The translations under genes were made by a program, and so were the position numbers. DNA of 63,493 nucleotides, the filler included, from Reclinomonas americana ATCC 50394 (lineage: Eukaryota): assembly GCA_048213135.1 (NCBI GenBank). It is 17 parts of 17 records of this genome, joined end to end, with 100 filler letters (N's around TTAATTAATTAA, not from the genome) between each part and the next. Parts side by side here need not be neighbours in the genome. Positions count along the whole stretch, not along the records: positions 1 to 5,964 come from AFZH01018178.1; positions 6,065 to 11,885 come from AFZH01018181.1; 15 more parts are not named here. One strand, written 5' to 3'. Positions 1 to 10,703 of the stretch are shown piece by piece. Within the stretch, counting starts at the first letter, position 1. Each line of letters begins with the position of its first letter. The notes beneath the pieces are model-generated. The model made no database searches. It was given only the letters and a program-made list of their open reading frames with translations, and was not told the origin of the DNA.

Positions 1-19
1 CCTCTCTCTCACACACTCA

Positions 20-92
<73 letters not shown>

Positions 93-125
93 CCTCTCCT
101 TCTCCCCCTGCAACATGTCACTCAC

Positions 126-248
126 CGACTCGCCAAACAACTGCCCCGTCGGCTCATTGTAATGCTCCGCGTGATGCCCTCCACCTCCACCTCCCCTCCG
201 CACACCACGTGCAGTCACTCGTCGAAAAACTCGGCTCGCTGCGTTCAT
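126..248 (-). CDS. NADH:ubiquinone oxidoreductase ESSS/NDUFB11-like subunit, exon 1 (gene continues off the window start)
   Basis: ATG at 248 gives [41 protein letters not shown]: an Arg-rich presequence plus the Y-x-x-P-T-G-x-L-F-G motif of ESSS subunits. GTGAG donor at 125. Confidence 0.65.
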
Positions 249-528
249 AAGAGAGATAAGAGACACGCAGCAATCCGTCGACTGGCAATCTGCTCATTTT
301 ACCTCAATCGCGCCACGCGGTGCGCGAGACGAGTGGTGCTGCGTGTCGCCGTGTTGTATAGCATTTGCAGTTCATATCCATGTGCTTTGCGTGTGAAAAC
401 AGTGCCAGCATCGCGATCATATCAAAGTCACTTGCATTCGCGAGTGTTGTGTGTCGCAACGTGTGCATTCACGATCCACGTGCTTACAGTGTCATTATCA
501 TCAACATAGCTCCTTTCTCTTATCAATC

Positions 529-1614
529 ATGTCATCAACTCCTCGCCCAATCTTCCTCTGCCGGCACGTCTTGAATGGACACGGCGACTGCGTTGCTCTC
601 ACTCCCGATGGTCAGCATGTGGTGGGTGGCAGTGGAGACAACACAGTGCGTGTGTGGTCACTGGCAACTGGTGAGGAATTGCGACGGTTGGAGGGGCACT
701 TCAGATCAGTGAGCTCTGTCGCGGTCGCTCCCGATGGTCAGCTCGTCGTGAGCGGGAGCTATGACAAGACTCTGCGAGTGTGGTCGCTGGCGAGTGGAGA
801 AGAAGTGCGACGGCTGGAGGGACACACAAGCGCGGTGCGCTGTGTGGCCATCACACCCGATGGTCAGCACGTCGTGAGTGCGAGTATGGACAAGACCGTG
901 CGCGTGTGGTTTCTCGCAACTGGAGAGGAAGTGCGACAACTGAGGGGGCACGCTCGCTGGGTGCACTCTGTCGCAGTCACTCCCGATGGCCAGCACGTCG
1001 TGAGCGCAAGTAATGACTTCACAGTTCGTGTGTGGTCAATGGCGACGGGAAAAGAGGTGCGACGGCTTGAAAGTCACCTTATGTTGATGTGGTCTGTCGC
1101 CATCTCTCCCGATGGTCAGCACGTCGTGAGTGGCGGTCATGACTGCACAATTGTTGAGTGGTCACTGGCGAGTGGGAAAAAAGTACGACGGCTGGGGGAG
1201 CACGACGATGTTGTGCGCTCTGTCGCCATTACTCCCGACGGCAAGCACGTCGTGAGTGGGAGTTACGACAAGACTGTGCGAGTGTGGTCGCTAGCGAGTG
1301 GCGAGGAAGTGCAACAATTGGAGGGACACGCTGGGCGGATGTTCTCTGTCGCTGTCTCTCCCGACGGTCAACACATCGTGAGTGGGAATGATGACTACAC
1401 AATCCGTGTGTGGTCCACTCCATGCGGCCTCGCTCAGCAGGAGCTCTTCACAGCACGCTCGGCGATGCAGGCAGTGCGGGAGATGCAGCAGCAGAAGGAG
1501 GAAGAAGAGCCGGATTCTCGGTGCTTACCAGAGATGGTGCTGCGTTGCTTCATTGTCGAGGAGGCGGCCGTCGTGGTGCATCGATCGTTTGCCGATCCCG
1601 AGATGCACCTGTGA
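529..1614 (+). CDS. Array WD40 protein W1 (7 WD40 repeats + conserved C-terminal tail)
   Basis: Intronless ORF from MSSTPRPIFLC; seven GH...SGSxDxTVRVWS repeats; tail ...DSRCLPEMVLRCFIVEEA...PEMHL. Confidence 0.9.
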   Translation: MSSTPRPIFLCRHVLNGHGDCVALTPDGQHVVGGSGDNTVRVWSLATGEELRRLEGHFRSVSSVAVAPDGQLVVSGSYDKTLRVWSLASGEEVRRLEGHTSAVRCVAITPDGQHVVSASMDKTVRVWFLATGEEVRQLRGHARWVHSVAVTPDGQHVVSASNDFTVRVWSMATGKEVRRLESHLMLMWSVAISPDGQHVVSGGHDCTIVEWSLASGKKVRRLGEHDDVVRSVAITPDGKHVVSGSYDKTVRVWSLASGEEVQQLEGHAGRMFSVAVSPDGQHIVSGNDDYTIRVWSTPCGLAQQELFTARSAMQAVREMQQQKEEEEPDSRCLPEMVLRCFIVEEAAVVVHRSFADPEMHL

Positions 1615-1932
1615 GGCACAGACATGGGAGGATGGAGATGTTAGCTTCCATCAGGCAGCTCTCTCCTCTTCCTGTTTTCTGTTTGGTGGTGCTGCAGTCT
1701 CTGCGGAGAATGAAATGAGTGTGACTGCTCGACGTCGGGCGTTCTCTGCGCGCCCCCAAACACAGTTGTTTCTTGCATGCATCCTTGAATGCTCGCCGTC
1801 CATTCGCCAACCAGCAGCCAGCAGTTGCGAGCGGAGACAGGTTGGGAGAATAAGGACACTCAATTTTGCAATTTTCGGGCCCTTTTCGCTCGTCTTATTC
1901 TCTGTCTCTCTCACGGCCTCACACACCCTCCT

Positions 1933-1964
<32 letters not shown>

Positions 1965-1965
1965 C

Positions 1966-3066
1966 ATGTCGTTAACTCCTCGCCCAATCTTCCTCTGTCA
2001 GCACGTCTTGAATGGACACGGCGACTGGGTGCATTGCGTTGCTCTCACTCCCGATGGTCAGCATGTGGTGAGTGGCGGCAGGGACAAGACCGTGCGAGTG
2101 TGGTCCCTCGTGAGTGGAGAGGAAGTGCGACGACTGTGTGGACACGCGCATCATGTGAACTCAGTCGCCGTCGCTCCCGATGGCCAGCACGTTGTGAGCG
2201 GGAGTCAAGACAAGACTCTGCGAGTGTGGTCGCTGGCGAGTGGAGAAGAAGTGCGACGGTTGGAGGGACACACCGGGTCCGTGGAGTCTGTCGCCGTCAC
2301 TCCCAATGCTCAGTATGTTGTAAGTGGGAGCTATGACAAGACCGTGCGCGTGTGGTCACTGGCGACTGGCAAACAAGTGCGACGACTGAGGGGACACACG
2401 CATCCTGTGAACTCAGTCGCCGTCACTCCCGATGGCCAGCAACTTGTGAGCGCAAGTGACGACCTCACAGTGCGCGTGTGGTCAATGGCGACTGGCCATG
2501 GAAAAGAGGTGCGACGGCTTGCTAGTTTCCCTTCGTTGTCGGAGTCTGTCGCCATCTCTCCCGATGGTCAGCACGTCGTGAGTGGCGGTCATGACAGGGC
2601 AATTGTTGAGTGGTCAGTGGCGAGTGGGGAAGAAGTGCGACGGCTGGGGGAGCGCGACGGTGTTGTGTATTCTGTCAAGTTTACTCCCGACGGCAAACAC
2701 GTTGTGAGTGGGGGTCGCGACAAGACTGTACGAGTGTGGTCGCTAGCGAGTGGCGAGGAAGTGCAACAGTTGGAGGGACACACTAAATGGGTGGGGTCTG
2801 TCGCCGTCACTCCCAATGGTCAACACATCGTCAGTGGGAGCTTTGACAGCACAATCCGAGTGTGGTCCACACCGTGCGGCCTCGCTCAGCAAGAGCTCTT
2901 CGCAGTGCGTTCGGCCTTGGTAGCAGTACAGGAGATGCAAGAGCAGCAGGAAGAGGAAGAGACGGACTCTCGGTGCTTGCCAGAGATGGTGCTGCGGTGT
3001 TTCATTGTCGAGGAGGCCGAGGTCGTGGTGTATCGATCGTTTGGCGATCCCGAGATGCATCTGTGA
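1966..3066 (+). CDS. Array WD40 protein W2
   Basis: MSLTPRPIFLC start matches paralogues; 7 WD40 + tail. Confidence 0.9.
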   Translation: MSLTPRPIFLCQHVLNGHGDWVHCVALTPDGQHVVSGGRDKTVRVWSLVSGEEVRRLCGHAHHVNSVAVAPDGQHVVSGSQDKTLRVWSLASGEEVRRLEGHTGSVESVAVTPNAQYVVSGSYDKTVRVWSLATGKQVRRLRGHTHPVNSVAVTPDGQQLVSASDDLTVRVWSMATGHGKEVRRLASFPSLSESVAISPDGQHVVSGGHDRAIVEWSVASGEEVRRLGERDGVVYSVKFTPDGKHVVSGGRDKTVRVWSLASGEEVQQLEGHTKWVGSVAVTPNGQHIVSGSFDSTIRVWSTPCGLAQQELFAVRSALVAVQEMQEQQEEEETDSRCLPEMVLRCFIVEEAEVVVYRSFGDPEMHL

Positions 3067-3348
3067 GGCACGGCTATGAGAGGATGGAGATGTTAGCCTC
3101 TGTCCTCTTCTATTGCAGCTTTCCAGCATGAATTCGAATGAAATGAGTGCGACGTCGGAGCTTCTTTGCACGCCCAAACACACGTGCTTTCCACGCTTCT
3201 TTTACATGCATTCTTGAATACTCGCCGTCCAGCCAACCAGCGAGCTAGGAGACAACGACGTCGGAAGACGAAGGACACGCGAGGTCACACTCAGTCAGTA
3301 TCAATCTCATACACGCGCACACCCTTCATTCTCTCATCCACGTCATTC

Positions 3349-4449
3349 ATGTCGACAACTCCTCATCCAGGCTCCCTCTGCGAGCGTGTCATGAAGGGAC
3401 ACGCTGACTCGGTGTACTCTATCGTCGTCGCTCCCGATGTGCAGCATGTTGTGAGTGGCAGCGGGGACAAGACAATGCGAGTGTGGTCAATGGCGAGTGG
3501 AGAGGAAGTGCAACGGCTGAGGGGACACTCTGCTGCGGTGGTGTCGGTCGCGATCACTGTCGATGGCCGGCACGTGGTGAGCGGTAGTATGGACAAGACC
3601 GTGCGAGTGTGGTCACTGGCCAGTGGCAAGGAAGTGCGACGGCTGGAGGGACACACAAGCGCGGTGTTCTGTGTGGCCATCACACACGATGGTCAGCACG
3701 TCGTGAGTGCGAGTATGGACAAGACCGTGCGCGTGTGGTCACTCGCGAGAGGTGAGGAAGTGCGACGGTTGGAGGGACACACTCAAGGGGTGCACTCTGT
3801 CGCTGTCACTCGCGATGGTCAGCATGTCGTAAGCGGGAGCTATGACAGAACAGTGCGTGTATGGTCCCTCGCGAGTGGAGAACAAGCGTGGCAGTTGGAG
3901 GGACACACAGATTGGGTGTGGTCTGTCGCCGTCACTCCCGATGGGCAGTACGCTGTGAGCGGGAGTGAGGACAGCACTGTGCGGGTGTGGTCACTGGCGA
4001 GTGGAGAGGAAGTGCAACGGTTGGAGGGTCACACCGACAGCGTACGATCTGTCGCTGTCACTCCGGACGGTCTGCATATCGTGAGTGGGAGCGCGGATAA
4101 GACGGTTCGACTATGGTCACTGGCGAGCGGGCAGGAAGTGCGTCGGTTTGAGGGGCACACAAAAGCGGTGCTGTGTGTCGCCAACTCTCCCAGCGCTCAT
4201 CACCTCGTGAGTGGGAGTCGTGATCAGACTGTTTGTGTGTGGTCCACTCCATGTGGCCTCGCTCGGCAGGAGCTCTGCACAGCGCAATCGGCGTTGATAG
4301 CAGTGCAGGAGATGCAGTTGCAAGAGCAGCAGGAGGAGGAAGAGCCGGACTCTCGGTGCTTGCCAGAGATGGTGCTGCGTTGCTTCATTGTCGAGGAGGC
4401 GGAGGTGGTGGTGCATCGATCGTTTGGCGACCCCGAGATGCATCTGTGA
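3349..4449 (+). CDS. Array WD40 protein W3
   Basis: MSTTPHPGSLC start; 7 WD40 + tail. Confidence 0.9.
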   Translation: MSTTPHPGSLCERVMKGHADSVYSIVVAPDVQHVVSGSGDKTMRVWSMASGEEVQRLRGHSAAVVSVAITVDGRHVVSGSMDKTVRVWSLASGKEVRRLEGHTSAVFCVAITHDGQHVVSASMDKTVRVWSLARGEEVRRLEGHTQGVHSVAVTRDGQHVVSGSYDRTVRVWSLASGEQAWQLEGHTDWVWSVAVTPDGQYAVSGSEDSTVRVWSLASGEEVQRLEGHTDSVRSVAVTPDGLHIVSGSADKTVRLWSLASGQEVRRFEGHTKAVLCVANSPSAHHLVSGSRDQTVCVWSTPCGLARQELCTAQSALIAVQEMQLQEQQEEEEPDSRCLPEMVLRCFIVEEAEVVVHRSFGDPEMHL

Positions 4450-4796
4450 GGCGGCTGCCATTGGAGTTTGGCACGTCATCTTCTGTCCTCTTCTTTTGAA
4501 GCATGCGCTGCTGCTATCAGCTTTCCGGCATGAATGAAATGAGTGTGACTGACGTCCGTGTTTCGTTGCACACCCAAACGAATGACCGCTTTCCGCGCTT
4601 CTTTTTTTGCATACATCCCAGGCTACATGACAACCTTTATAGACCAGCCAGCAGGAGCGAGGTGGGAGACAAACGTCGGGGATTATAAGGACACTTTAAT
4701 TTTCACTCCCTCTCTCACACACACCCTTCTTCCCTTTCTCTCACTCACACACGCACACACGCACACACACCCTTCATTCTCTCACACGCGAAAACC

Positions 4797-5894
4797 ATGT
4801 CAGTGACTCCTCACCCAATCTTCCGCTGCCAGCACGTCTTGAAGGGACACAGCGACTGGTTGCATTGCGTTGCTCTCACTCCCGATGGTCAGTATGCGAT
4901 GAGTGGGAGCAGAGACAAGACCGTGCGTGTGTGGTCGATGGCGAGTGGAGAGGAAGTGCGACGACTGAGGGGACACGTTGACTGGGTGTACGATGTCGCT
5001 GTCGCCCCCGATGGCCAGCACGTTGTGAGCGGGAGTCAAGACACGACAGTGCGTGTGTGGTCACTGGCCAGTGGAGAAGAACTGCGACGGTTGGAGGGAC
5101 ACACCAGGTCCGTGCAGTCTGTCGCCGTCACACCCGATGGTCAGTATGTTGTGAGTGGAAGCAAGGACAAGACCGTGAGAGTGTGGTCACTGGCGAGTGG
5201 CAAGGAAGTGCGACAACTGAGGGGGCACGCTCACTGGGTGCACTTTGCCGCAGTCACTCCCGATGGCCAGCAACTTGTGAGCGCAAGTCATGACCTCACA
5301 GTGCGCGTGTGGTCAATGGCGACGGGAAATGAGGTGCGACGGCTGGCTAGTCACCATGTGTTGTTGGGGACTGTCGCCATCTCTCCCGATGGTCAACACG
5401 TCGTGAGTGGCGGTCATGACAGGGCAATTGTTGAGTGGTCACTGGCGAGTGGGAAAAAAGTGCGACGGCTGGGGGAGCACGATCATGTTGTGCATTCTGT
5501 TGCCATCACTCCCGACGGCAAGCACGTCGTGAGTGGTAGTTTCGACAAGACTGTGCGAGTGTGGTCGCTAGCGAGTGGGGAAGAAGTGCGGCGGTTGGAT
5601 GGACACACTGAATGGGTGGGGTCTGTCGCCGTCACTCCCAATGGTCAACACATCGTCAGTGGCAGTGGGGACAACACTGTCCGTGTGTGGTCCACCCCAC
5701 GCGGCCTCGCTCAGCTGGAGCTCTTCACAGCACGATTGGCCATGCAGGCAGTGCGCGAGATGCAGCAACAGAAGGAGGAGGAGGAAGAGACGGACTCCCG
5801 ATGCCTGCCTGAGATGGTGCTGCGTTGCTTCATTGTTGAGGAGGCGGCTGTTGTGGTGCATCGATCGTTTGCCGACCCGGAGTTGCTTCTGTGA
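4797..5894 (+). CDS. Array WD40 protein W4
   Basis: MSVTPHPIFRC start; 7 WD40 + tail. Confidence 0.9.
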   Translation: MSVTPHPIFRCQHVLKGHSDWLHCVALTPDGQYAMSGSRDKTVRVWSMASGEEVRRLRGHVDWVYDVAVAPDGQHVVSGSQDTTVRVWSLASGEELRRLEGHTRSVQSVAVTPDGQYVVSGSKDKTVRVWSLASGKEVRQLRGHAHWVHFAAVTPDGQQLVSASHDLTVRVWSMATGNEVRRLASHHVLLGTVAISPDGQHVVSGGHDRAIVEWSLASGKKVRRLGEHDHVVHSVAITPDGKHVVSGSFDKTVRVWSLASGEEVRRLDGHTEWVGSVAVTPNGQHIVSGSGDNTVRVWSTPRGLAQLELFTARLAMQAVREMQQQKEEEEETDSRCLPEMVLRCFIVEEAAVVVHRSFADPELLL

Positions 5895-5964
5895 GCTGGG
5901 ACTTAAATGTAAGCTTCTGTCACTTGTGCTATCCCCTTCTTTCCTTCCTCTTCTCTCGCTTGCT

Positions 5965-6064
5965 NNNNNNNNNNNNNNNNNNNNNNNNNNNNNNNNNNNN
6001 NNNNNNNNTTAATTAATTAANNNNNNNNNNNNNNNNNNNNNNNNNNNNNNNNNNNNNNNNNNNN
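5965..6064. other. Assembly spacer N44-TTAATTAATTAA-N44. Same spacer starts at 11886, 15226, 18115, 21009, 29370, 31846, 34320, 41508, 42704, 44760, 50586, 52873, 56383, 59658 and 61309.
   Basis: Identical 100-nt six-frame-stop linker each time. PGD, XRN1, TMEM260 and YbjQ continue across such spacers, so contig order looks real but gap sizes are unknown. Confidence 0.97.
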
Positions 6065-7100
6065 GCTTGCATGCAGTGCTTGCTGTTCTCGCTGGTTCTC
6101 TCCTGCCTACTCTCTCTCTCTCTCTCTGTCTGTATTTCTGTCGCTCTCTCTCTCTCTCTCTCTCTGTATGTGCCTTTGCATGTCGAGCGTGTTGGTCTTC
6201 TGCTTCTCTTTTCCGCAAGTCTCATTTGGGCTCGCGTCTATTCTCCGATTCTCTCAGTAGACCACACGACGAAGTGCACGCTTGTTATACTCGTGTGGTA
6301 CGACGAAACAAGTGCACGCTTTGTTATACTCGTGTGGGTCTCTTCTCTCTCTCTCTCTCTGCCTTTGCATGTCGAGCTTCTTGGTCTTCTGCTTCTCTTT
6401 TCCGCAAGTCTCACATCGTCCTGGTGCATGTTTGGCTTGTTAGTCTCGCGGGGTTGTCATCTCCATTCTCTGTCTCTCGATTCCTCTCACCGTGCCTTTT
6501 CTTGTCGTGTTTTTGTTTGTCTTCTGGCCTGCTTCTTTTTTCTCCGCAAGTCTCACGTCGTTCTGGTGCATGCTTTTCTTGTTGTTCTCGCGGATTCTCT
6601 CTCTTCGCATGTCGAGCTTGTTATTTATCTCGCTCGCCTTGCTTCTTCTTTTTCATTCAGCAAGTCTCACATCGTGTTGGTGCAAGAAGAATTTGTTGCT
6701 CTTGCATCTTCATTCTCTCTCTCTCTGCCTTTGCATGTCGAGCTTGTTGTTTCTGGCTTGCTTCTCCTCACTACAAGTCCTGTTGCACCAAAAGCTTGTT
6801 GCTCTCGCGGGTACTCTCTCTCTCTCGGTGCCTTTGCATGTCGAGCTTTGGCTTGCTTGTCTTCGTCCTGGTTCGCGAAACATTGTGCTCTCGCGGGTTC
6901 TCTCCTCCGTTCTCTCCCTCTCGCTCCCCTTGTCTCTGCTTGTCGAGATTGTTCATCTTCTGGCTTGCTTCTCTTCTCCGTTCTCTCCCCGTGCCTTTGC
7001 ATGCCGAGCTTGTTGATCCTCTGCTTGCTTCTTCTCCTTTTTCCTCACACCGAGCCGCAACCTGCCCTCGTGCATATCGAGCCTCTGCTCTTGCAAGGTC
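6065..7100. repeat. Degenerate intronic minisatellite (core TGCCTTTGCATGTCGAGC / CAAGTCTCAC)
   Basis: Core recurs at ~6171, 6360, 6607, 6727, 6829 and 6992 in a pyrimidine-rich intron upstream of the RidA exon. Confidence 0.8.
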
Positions 7101-7271
7101 GTTCTTCTGACTTGCTTCTCTTCTCCCCTTCTCGCTGCAAGTCTGTCGTCATTTGGGCTTGCTATTCTTCGTCTCCGTCCACCATCGCTGTGGCACACCT
7201 TTCCCTATCTTCTCTCTCTCCCCATCCCCCGCCTTGCCCTCATCCCTCTCTCCCTTTCCTTTTTCGCGCAG

Positions 7272-7385
7272 GTGTACGCCTCATTCTTCGGTGAGCACCG
7301 CCCCGCTCGCTCCACGTTTGCCGTTCGCGAGCTGCCCAAGGGCGCCCTGGTGGAGATTGAGGCGATTGCCATTCTGAAAAAGTAG
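7272..7385 (+). CDS. RIDA: RidA/YjgF/UK114 family reactive-intermediate deaminase, last exon
   Basis: After a polypyrimidine tract and CAG acceptor: [37 protein letters not shown], with the family motifs PARS and [13 protein letters not shown]. Confidence 0.9.
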   Translation: MYASFFGEHRPARSTFAVRELPKGALVEIEAIAILKK

Positions 7386-7429
7386 TCTCCCTCCCTCTCT
7401 CTCCCCCCTTCCCCCCTCCCACCCGCCCT

Positions 7430-7503
7430 CTGCTTTCAGTGAGGAGAGTATATGTTTCCTTCACCGTGTTATGTTTGCGCCACCGTCGCCACAATGCCGA
7501 CAA
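7430..7503 (+). repeat. Diverged direct repeat of 9071-9144
   Basis: CTGCTTTCAGTGAGGAGAGTA(T/C)ATGTTTCCTTC...CGCCACAATGCCGACAA present at both sites. Confidence 0.9.
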
Positions 7504-7899
7504 GAAACGAAAAAAAGAAAGAAAGAACAGTAGAACAAAAGGGCACGTCTGCCGTGCAAAAGTAATTCATTTCTGCAACCAGAAGAGGCGTGAGCGCTAT
7601 ATCGTCACAAGAAGAAGCAAAACAAATCGCGACGAAACCTGAAAGATCTTAATGTATTGTCTTGGTAATGAGACACTGTTGATTGAGCTTGCAGCTCACC
7701 CAACGGCATCCAATGGTGAATTGATTTCGAAAACACGGGCCATGTAGAGGCGCGCGCATCTTCTGTCAAGATACATGCAATAGCACTCGTGAGTTTGGCA
7801 AGAAAAGAGCGCCAACGCACTGTGCGCGTCGCTGCATACCTGGTATTAATAAAATGAGCTTGAGATAATGTGTTGATTTTGATCACGGTCCTCAGCCGA

Positions 7900-8973
7900 T
7901 TACTCTTTGTCGGGCTCGTCCCCGATAGCGAGCTGCTTACTGGCCAGCCTTTGTGGAATGAGACCCCGTGAGTCCATCAGCGCAAGGAAACGCGAGTTTT
8001 GCAACACTGCACGCAACTCACGCAGTAGTGCGATGTGTTCCTCAATGTCCTCTCGCAGCTTCTTCATCGTCTCCCAAGATTGACCCTTGGCATTCTTGGC
8101 CTTGACCCAGCCAATGCACTGGCCTGTCAGCCGATGGGTGAACTTCACATGTCCGGAAGCAGCATTTGCCAGCTCCCAGTCAGAGAACTTGCCCGACGAA
8201 TCCTTGAATGTGCCGGTCTCGTCAATCTTGTTGGCAGTGATTCTGATGAACAGAAGAACTCTGTCAAGATCGCGATCATACCGCCAAGTGTGTTTGTGTG
8301 ACCCCAGCAAACCTGTTCACCACCGACACATCAGACGATCGCGAGTCGTCATCGACAAACTCCTCCAACGCCTCAATGTCCGCTATGGCCTTCTTCCAGT
8401 ACATCTGCAATGATCATGAGGTGCAAATAGTGTGTCAGATTTGTGACACAGCAACGTGGATGAGGGATAGAGAGAGAGAGCACTTATCAATTGTCAAATT
8501 TTTCCGATTACTGATGCAGACAAGTGCATGTTCATGAGAGAGAGGACAAGTGCATGAGAGTGTGACAGATTTGTGTCTCAGCAGATCACTGAAGCCAGAT
8601 GGTAGAGAGAGAGAGAGAGAGAGTCAGAGAGAGGAAACAGAGAGAGGAACAAGAGAGCGGGTGCGTGAGGAAAGAGAGGCAAGATCATGACGCACGACTT
8701 GTCTTTCTCCTGTCCGCTCTCTCCTCGCCACTTGGGAGGGGACAACACACGCATACAGACAAGCGTAAGACACAGCAGAAGAGAAAAAGCCTTCTGACAC
8801 AAATCCTCAAAAAGCCTATTCTCGGACTTTACATGAACAACAAACACACACACACACTCTGCGTGCTCACAGACCTGATCCTTGCGTTGTTGCTTGTCAT
8901 CGACCCTACTGCCTTTCTGGCCGCAACCGCCGCCACCGCTCTTGCTGTTCTTGTTGTTGTGTTTGCTCGGCAT
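7900..8973 (-). CDS. Putative two-exon KEN (RNase L/IRE1 ribonuclease)-like protein with one frameshift; possibly a pseudogene
   Basis: Exon 1 is 8973-8875 (MPSKHNNK...KDQ|GT); exon 2 starts at 8404 after TTGCAG (MYWKKAI...). Removing one base of the T3 run at 8309-8311 joins it to ORF 8310-7900, which contains YDRDLDRVLLFIRITANKIDE and LQNSRF. Confidence 0.45.
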
Positions 8974-9115
8974 GCTTGATTTTTTTTTTGAGTTTGCAAA
9001 TTCGCTTTGCAATTGTGGTGGAAATTGTGTGCGGTGTCATGTGCCCCCCTCTTCCATCCTTCCCCCTTCCCTGCTTTCAGTGAGGAGAGTACATGTTTCC
9101 TTCCCCGTGTATTGT

Positions 9116-10314
9116 TCACGCCATCATCGCCACAATGCCGACAACAGCAACCACCACAGCCGCCATGGTGCCGACACTCTGCCTGCGAATTCGCGCGGTG
9201 GCGTAGAGGCGAGCTTTCAAGCGGCGAACGAGCGGGTGATTGCGGCCGTACTTTTTGCGGTAGTACGCCACCACGTGCTTGCCTTGCATGTGCGCTGCGT
9301 TGTTCATGCCGCGCGTGCCAAGAATCAAGCACAGCGAGAGACGCGCGTCGATAGTGGCCTGGTGATCGGAGCCAAACGTGGCCAGCGCCTCCGCCAGCAC
9401 CACCTGCTGCGACTTCTCGGCATCCACCACATCGTCCAGCGCCAGCAGCACCTCGTTCTCCTTGGAGCGCATCCAGAACGTGACTGGGTGCTTGGCTCCC
9501 AGCACCGTCGTCGCCTCGCCCACCAACTTTCCGATTTCCTCCCTCACTTGCGGGTGCTTGCTCGGATCCGCACGCGCCAGCGTCGCGCACGCATCACCAC
9601 GCGCCCGCATGGTGTCTGGATGCGTGGCTCCCAGCAGCTGCTGCCGCTCGCTCGCCACCTGCGCCCACTCCTTGTGTGCGTCGCCGTCGTTGTCCACGGT
9701 GGACAGCAGAGTGGCGAGCTTCTCGCGCAAAGCGACACGCTCCAGTGATGACAGTGCCGTCTCAGCGACCACCGAGTACGCGTCGTCCACCACACGACGC
9801 GCCATCTTCTCCGCCCCCGCCACGTGCCCAAGGTCCAGTAGCACCTGCGACAGCGCCGATCTCGAGTTGACGAGGACGCTGGCGGCACGGGCAAAGCCGT
9901 GCACGCGCTCAGCATCGTCAACGACACTCTCCAGCACGCGCCTGGCTTCGGGGAAGGCGCTGGATGCGCCGAGTGCTTCGCCGACCGCGAGGCGAGCTTG
10001 CAGGGTGTCGAGATGAGTTTTTCCGTGCACCTGTTCCATGGCCGCCAAAGTGGATTTGCATTTGGTGACGAGCTGAGTGGATGAGAGGGGGGAAAGGGAG
10101 GAGGAGGGAGAAGGAGGTATGGGAGGAAGAGAAAAGGGAGTGAGGGAGAGAGAGAGAGAAAGGGTCAGAATCGCCATGCATTGCAGTTTCTCTGATCGCT
10201 GCATCTCACCTCCTCTTGTGGAGACTTTGAGAAGAATGAACGCACTGTGTGTGGGCGAGCGATACCGATCGCGGGCACTTCTCGTGCGACGAAGCAGCGC
10301 ACTGCGCTCAGCAT
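9116..10314 (-). CDS. TPR-like (kinesin-light-chain type) helical repeat protein with presequence-like N-terminus and C-terminal TM anchor; exons 10314-10210 and 10072-9116
   Basis: Repeated G-x-x-H-P-x-T motifs (LGATHPDT, LGAKHPVT, FGSDHQAT, YGRNHPLV); hydrophobic C-terminus; GTGAG/CAG intron joins MLSAVRCF...SPQEE in frame. Confidence 0.75.
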
Positions 10315-10703
10315 CTGGTCGACGGAGTGCGGGGTGGATTGGGGATCCCGTCCTCCATGTCCCCCGACGCGACGCCGTCACGCATGTCGGCTGGCAGCAT
10401 GGCAACTTGGGCGACCACCGCTGCTCATGACGCTGGCTGAATGTATTCTTGAATTGTGCTCTGACACACAATCCAAACATGAATGGTGCGTTGTCATAAC
10501 CAAGTGCACTCTTGCTGGCAGCTGAATGGACGGAAATGCAGTCCAACATGCATACAAAGTTGGTGAGAGCAACAATGCGCCGCGTGCAACGATGACGTCG
10601 CGATTTCATTCGTTCAGGAGCTGCAAACATGAGAAGCGGAAAGAAAAGGGAGAGAAAAGCACATCTATCAGAGGCTTTCGCCCCATCCTCCCATGGCCGT
10701 GCC

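Noticed and set aside
6067..7294. Long Leu/Ser/Phe-rich ORFs (also 19329-21060, 35661-36804, 57605-58417)
   Set aside because: Translations of pyrimidine-rich intronic low-complexity DNA
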